A DNA stretch of 64,000 nt from a candidate division FCPU426 bacterium (lineage in GTDB: Bacteria > Oederibacteriota > Muellerivitia > Muellerivitales > Muellerivitaceae). The notes under the pieces were generated by a model. That model did not search any database, was not told the origin of the DNA, and saw only the letters and a list, made by a program, of their open reading frames with translations. Of this stretch, positions 59,283-64,000 are shown in pieces (position 1 is the first letter of the stretch; the number at the start of each line of letters is the position of its first letter). Made by a program: the position numbers and the translations under genes. The stretch is taken from contig CAVYSE010000024.1 in assembly GCA_963771075.1 (NCBI GenBank), forward strand, positions 96,001-160,000. Reading direction: 5' to 3'.

Positions 59283-60794
59283 ATGAAACGTGCGATCATC
59301 TTTCTGGCGCTGGGCCTTCTGCTCGTGTTCGGCTTCCAGGCCTGCAACAACACCAAAAATTATCCCGCCAGCCCCTTCACCTCCCTGGCCCTCACCCCCA
59401 CGAACACGGTCCTTTTGACGCCCCCGACCGTCACCCTGACCCCCACGATCACGGCCAGCCGCACCCCCACGAACACGCCGACCATCACCCTGACCGCGAC
59501 TTCGACCGCCACCCCGACTTCCACATCGACGCCCACCCTCACCCAAACCCCGTCCGTGACGCCGACTTCCACGGCCACTTCCAGCCCGTCGATCACCCTG
59601 ACCTTCACGATCACGAACACCGCGACCTTCACCTCGACGCCCACTATCACCCAAACCCCGACCGTGACGCCGACCTCCACGGCCACTTCCAGCCCGTCGA
59701 TCACCCTGACCTTCACCACCACGAACACCCCGCCCCTCACCTCGACCCCCACCGGGACGCCCACTTCCACCCAGACCCTCACCTTTACTCAATCCCTTAC
59801 GCCCACCGATTCGGCCACTTTCACCCCAACTTCTTCCTCAACCGACACTTACACCGAAACCTTCAGCCCGACCCTGTCGAACACGCTTACGGTCACCCCC
59901 ACTTTTACCCACACCACCACCCGAACGGGCACTCCCACCTCGAGCCCCACCCAAACCTCCACGGCCACGGCGACTTCGACCGCCACCTTCCATTTCTTGA
60001 GCGGGGGTTCCTGGTCCAGCAATACGCCCTTCGGCCTGGCCTGCAACCGGGGAACCAGCGTGGTTTATGTGGCCCAACCCGGTGATGTGGATGTGTTCAA
60101 TTCGATCGCCAACTTCAGCTCGCCCGTCTCGACCTGGACCCAATATGGAGGCACGGCCTTCAACTTGATCCAGACGCAGGCGGTCAATCCGCTCAATGAG
60201 AATATCTATATCGTGGATGGCGGGGTGGGTGTGGTCTATCAAGTCACTTCCGGCGGGGCCGCGGTGAACAAATCCTCCACGGCCTTTAACGCGATCCAGG
60301 ACGTGGAAACCGATTCCAGCGGCAACGCCTATGTGGTGGACCAGGGCGGCGCCACTCTCTATGAGCTCAATTCCAGCATGTCGGTCGTGAAAACCTGGAC
60401 GGGCGCCGGCGCCACCGCCTTTTCAAGCCTCTACTCGGTGGCTTTGGACCCGTCGAACAACATCTATGTTTGCGATAACGGGGCCGCCCCCGGCCACAAC
60501 CACATCTGGGAAATGAACTACTCCGGGACCGTGCTTAATACCTGGAACACGCCGGTGGGGAACTTCATCTACCAAATGTGCGTGGACGCGAGAGGGACCG
60601 TTTATGCCGTTGATCAGGGGGTGGTGGGGCTGGAAGAATATGTCCCGGGGACCGCGACGCCCGTGCACACCTTTACCGGAACTGAAGGCGGGGGCACCGC
60701 CTTTTCGGCTCCGGACGGTGTGTGTTTTCTCCCCAACGGCAATCTCCTGGTCGCCGACTACGGCACGAACCTTCTGCAGGAATATGTCCCCTGA
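59283..60794 (+). CDS. Thr-rich lipoprotein with NHL-like beta-propeller
   Basis: FQAC lipobox; internally duplicated Thr linker; [15 protein letters not shown]....NGNLLVAD. Confidence 0.8.
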   Translation: MKRAIIFLALGLLLVFGFQACNNTKNYPASPFTSLALTPTNTVLLTPPTVTLTPTITASRTPTNTPTITLTATSTATPTSTSTPTLTQTPSVTPTSTATSSPSITLTFTITNTATFTSTPTITQTPTVTPTSTATSSPSITLTFTTTNTPPLTSTPTGTPTSTQTLTFTQSLTPTDSATFTPTSSSTDTYTETFSPTLSNTLTVTPTFTHTTTRTGTPTSSPTQTSTATATSTATFHFLSGGSWSSNTPFGLACNRGTSVVYVAQPGDVDVFNSIANFSSPVSTWTQYGGTAFNLIQTQAVNPLNENIYIVDGGVGVVYQVTSGGAAVNKSSTAFNAIQDVETDSSGNAYVVDQGGATLYELNSSMSVVKTWTGAGATAFSSLYSVALDPSNNIYVCDNGAAPGHNHIWEMNYSGTVLNTWNTPVGNFIYQMCVDARGTVYAVDQGVVGLEEYVPGTATPVHTFTGTEGGGTAFSAPDGVCFLPNGNLLVADYGTNLLQEYVP

Positions 60795-60999
60795 TACGCG
60801 GCTTCCAGCCGCGTATCGCGCCTAGGGAGTGCCGATTCAAACAAGAATCGGCGCCCTGATCCGAGCCTTCAAGGCGAGGATCAAACCTAGGGAGTGCCGA
60901 TTCAAACAAGAATCGGCGCCTTGATACGCGGCTACCGGCCGCGTATCGCGCCTAGGGAGTGCCGATTCAAACAAGAATCGGCGCCCTGATCCGAGCCTT
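60793..60999. repeat. BIME-like mosaic of palindromes
   Basis: CCTAGGGAGTGCCGATTCAAACAAGAATCGGCGCC three times with 65-bp spacing, alternating with GATACGCGG..CCGCGTATC and GATCC..GGATC hairpins. Confidence 0.8.
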
Positions 61000-61148
61000 G
61001 TCCCAATCGTTGGTACCGATTGGGATCACCAAAAATTCCCCTCACCCTGAAGGTTCGGGGTAGGAGACAGTGAACCGACAGCCATTGGCTATTGGTTTTT
61101 TGCCACGACTGAAAACACCCTGTTGAAAACGCTTTACGGTTTAAAGGT

Positions 61149-61646
61149 TTATCTCTTGCGGCGGGGGGACGGTTTCTTCTTCTTCCCTTTTACTTTGTAG
61201 AGGGCAGGCGCTTCCCGGGCTTGGGGTTCTCCCATGGGGGGGCCATCCAGTTCAGCCAAGAAGGCCGCCGGGTCCAAAATTCGGATGCCCCGGTATTCAT
61301 GAAGGGATAGCAGATGGGCATCCCCGGAAATCAGGACCTCCGCCTGGGCGGCCAGGGCGCATTCCAAGACCCGGTCATCCGATGGATCAGCCTTGATGAC
61401 CTGCAGGCGCTGGGTGGGATACACCATGAGGCACAATTCCCGGATCTCGCGCTCATAAACTCCCAATTGATCGGGTGAAGAATTGAACTTGCGGCCCCCG
61501 AGGATTCGAAGCGTTTCGGCAAGAAGATCGGTTGAGATCGCCACTTCGAAAACCCTCAGGATCGCATGGTCCAACAATTCACGAACCCGGCCCCTGAAGG
61601 CCAGGGCCGAGACCCAAATATTGGTGTCGAAAACGACCCTGATCAA
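61149..61646 (-). CDS. PIN-domain TA toxin with basic tail
   Basis: VVFDTNIWVSA, DPSDDRVLECA, ISGDAHLL. Confidence 0.85.
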   Translation of the reverse strand: MIRVVFDTNIWVSALAFRGRVRELLDHAILRVFEVAISTDLLAETLRILGGRKFNSSPDQLGVYEREIRELCLMVYPTQRLQVIKADPSDDRVLECALAAQAEVLISGDAHLLSLHEYRGIRILDPAAFLAELDGPPMGEPQAREAPALYKVKGKKKKPSPRRKR

Positions 61647-61879
61647 GTCCGGCGGGCTTCCCGGATGGCCTCTTCCACATCCTCGGGTTTCAAACCCAGG
61701 CGACGGACATGGGCATCCATCTGCTCGAAAATTTTGTCCCAGCGGGAACGCCGATCCAAGTAGATCCGCAGGGCCGCGCGCATCAACTCGGAACGGCTGC
61801 GGGATTCCCTCTTGGCGAGCTTATCCGCCCGTTCAAGCAGGTCCTTGGGGATCGAAAGGTTGATGGTCGATGGTTTCAT
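61643..61879 (-). CDS. CopG/RHH antitoxin
   Basis: INLSIP..LL...D.LA..E.RSRSEL.R.AL; upstream palindrome TATACAAT-T-ATTGTATA at 61905-61921. Confidence 0.85.
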   Translation of the reverse strand: MKPSTINLSIPKDLLERADKLAKRESRSRSELMRAALRIYLDRRSRWDKIFEQMDAHVRRLGLKPEDVEEAIREARRT

Positions 61880-62047
61880 GGTTTCCCTCCTGTTAAAACA
61901 AGCCTATACAATTATTGTATAGGATTCAATATTTGAAATCTTCCTACAACATCAGCAGGCAGTCGGGTCGGCCTTACAAAAGAACCAATAGCTGTTAGCT
62001 AATCGTATTTAGCCACAACTCGAAAGACCCCTGATCCCCCTCGTTCC

Positions 62048-62400
62048 GCACAGATTCCCTATGAATCTGCACCGGCAACCTACACCTTCGACCTGAGGTC
62101 TCAGGTGGCCTGCACAGATTCCCTATGAATCTGCACCGGCAACCTACACCTTCGACCTGAGGTCTCAGGTGGCCTGCACAGATTCCCTATGAATCTGCAC
62201 CGGCAACCTACACCTTCGACCTGAGGTCTCAGGTGGCCTGCACAGATTCCCTATGAATCTGCACCGGCAACCTACACCTTCGACCTGAGGTCTCAGGTGG
62301 CCTGCACAGATTCCCTATAAATCTGCACCGGCAACCTACACCTTCGACCTGAGGTCTCAGGTGGCCTGCACAGATTCCCTATGAATCTGCACCGGCAACC
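62048..62400 (+). repeat. 64-bp tandem repeat, 5.5 copies
   Basis: Unit GCACAGATTCCCTATGAATCTGCACCGGCAACCTACACCTTCGACCTGAGGTCTCAGGTGGCCT starting at 62048, 62112, 62176, 62240, 62304, 62368; one substitution in copy 5. Confidence 0.95.
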
Positions 62401-62808
62401 ATCGTCCTCGACTTGTCCCAATCGTCCTTAACGATTGGGATCACCAAGGCTTACCACTCGCCTAGTAGGCTCGTGGAAGGTATTGGCTCGGGACAGGTGG
62501 CAGTCCGCCCCCAATTGCCCAAAGCAATTGGTCGGGGAATTCGCCCGTCTGTCGAAGTCGCTTCGACTTCGACACTCGACTGGCCAACGAGTGGTTGGCC
62601 GTCAGCGCAAAATGGTTTATGGAATGGTTTTTTAACAGGCCATTTGTTAGGAACTACCAAAGCTCGCACTCACCTTGTAGGTTCGTGATAGGTGGCAGGG
62701 AAGACCATAAGAACCAGTCCGCGGTACAAAATGAAGCCCGCGCAGGAAAGGATCGAGAGGCTTGCAGATGCATACAAATGCATCTAAAATATATTCGAGG
62801 TGGTCCAC

Positions 62809-63048
62809 ATGCGCACAACTATTGAAATTAAAGATAAATTAAGGGCTGAGCTTCTTCGGCGGGCGGCCCACGATGGGGCGAAAGGCTTTTCCCACATCAT
62901 CGAGGAAGCCTTGGAATCCTATTTTGGGAACGAAGACAAAATGGCCGCCGCTATCAAAAAAGCCAAGGAACTCAAGGGCTGTTTGAGCGCCCGCGAGGCG
63001 GAACAACTCTCCACGGAGACGCGGAAGATCAGGGAATCCTGGCGATGA
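62809..63048 (+). CDS. VapB-like antitoxin
   Basis: MRTTIEI; upstream palindrome AGATGCAT..ATGCATCT; ATGA overlap with the PIN gene. Confidence 0.75.
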   Translation: MRTTIEIKDKLRAELLRRAAHDGAKGFSHIIEEALESYFGNEDKMAAAIKKAKELKGCLSAREAEQLSTETRKIRESWR

Positions 63049-63443
63049 TCATCGCGGACACGGATGTCCTCATCGATTTTTTGGCGGCCAAAGAGCCGGG
63101 GGCCAGCCGGGTCCTGGCCGAGTTGGAGGATGGTACGCTCCACACGACCGTTATTTCACGGTTTGAATTGCTCTCAGGCGCTAAAAGCGCCAAACGCAAT
63201 GAAAAGATCATGCAACTGCTTGATGCGCTTCAGGTTCTGAATCTGGACGTACCCGCCGCTGATCGGGCGGCGGAAATCAGGCGCCATCTGGATCAAAAAG
63301 GCCATGGAATCGGATTGGCCGACAGCCTGATCGCGGGGATGGCGATGGTCCATCGCGCGAACCTGTTGACCCGCAATGAACGCCATTTCAACCGGGTGCC
63401 GGGTTTGAAATTGAGCCAATGGGATGAACATGGAAAAAGTTAA
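63045..63443 (+). CDS. vapC: VapC-family PIN toxin
   Basis: IADTDVLID, FELLSG, DSLIAG, LTRN.RHF.RV.GL. Confidence 0.9.
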   Translation: MIIADTDVLIDFLAAKEPGASRVLAELEDGTLHTTVISRFELLSGAKSAKRNEKIMQLLDALQVLNLDVPAADRAAEIRRHLDQKGHGIGLADSLIAGMAMVHRANLLTRNERHFNRVPGLKLSQWDEHGKS

Positions 63444-63606
63444 GAAGCTATCGAAATTATTCAAAGAGAGCCTCCGGGAGGGGATCAAGTACGCCCAGGG
63501 AAAACCCGCGAAGGTGAAGGTGGAGACACTTTATATCAAGACGACAAGCGGCCGATTCCCTGATGGACGTCGGTTCCTCTTTGGAACCAACACACTCAAG
63601 ACTTGA
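63430..63606 (+). pseudogene. Possible N-terminal fragment of a HigA-like antitoxin
   Basis: SKLFKESLREGIKYAQG resembles HigA-type N-termini; no HTH follows before palindromic repeats begin. Confidence 0.3.
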
Positions 63607-64000
63607 ACCTCGATTGAAATCTCGGTTCTAGAGGTCGGAACTGCCAAGTCACACCCCTCGGCTTGTCCCAATCGTTTGTACCGATTGGGAACACCAAGGC
63701 TTACCACTCGCCTAGCAGGCTCGTGGCAGGTATTGGCTCGGGACAACCAAAGCGTACCCCTCACCTTGAAGGTTCGGGGTAGGTGGCAGTCCGCAGCCCT
63801 TCGGTGGTTCGATGCACTACGTTTACTCACCACTCAGGGCGGGTTGGTTTTTGGCTATTGGAGATTGGGAAAAATACAAGAATAGAGAAGGTGCTCCGGG
63901 CAAGTGAAGTTAGGGGTTAGAAGTTTTAGACAATGCTAACAACCAAAAGCCAACATGGTTTCAAACGCGCCAGATTTCCAAAAACTCCGATGGGGATACG

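Noticed and set aside
62048..62400. CRISPR array
   Set aside because: Units are identical end to end with no unique spacers, and no cas genes are in the window.
1..64000. tRNA, rRNA or intact transposase/integrase genes
   Set aside because: None recognised by eye; GGTTCG-containing hairpins belong to the repeat families and lack cloverleaf context. tRNAscan-SE was not run.

Overview
Bacterial accessory-rich window in four parts. (1) 1-9.75 kb is a visibly AT-rich defence/mobile island: radC-like JAB gene, a GNAT-PIN-PUA-like fusion coupled to an ASCH gene, a type III restriction-modification pair, an HNH nuclease and a small RHH regulator. It ends in an imperfect inverted repeat abutting a 5'-truncated host gene. 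(2) 9.9-14.9 kb is a redox operon: two CuA-type cupredoxins (one fused to a cytochrome c), a ferritin-like protein, a membrane polyferredoxin and a Cyc2-like cytochrome-porin. (3) 15.3-29.8 kb is a stress-type cluster (GT4/GH130, three rhodaneses, cupin, PRC-barrel, SPFH, SOD-like, STAS, pirin). It carries six sigma54 -24/-12 promoters and paired palindromic enhancer-like boxes next to a twice-frameshifted XylR/V4R-type activator. A secreted WG-repeat/FecR/TPR cluster follows (30-35.3 kb). (4) 35.3-64 kb is a mosaic of seven toxin-antitoxin pairs, a Fic gene, Thr/Pro-rich surface proteins, gene fragments, local duplications and several families of nested short palindromic repeats. A ~33-bp motif recurs at gene-truncation and duplication breakpoints there. 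I recognised no rRNA, tRNA, CRISPR array, integrase or intact transposase. All family calls come from motif recognition by eye, not database searches.
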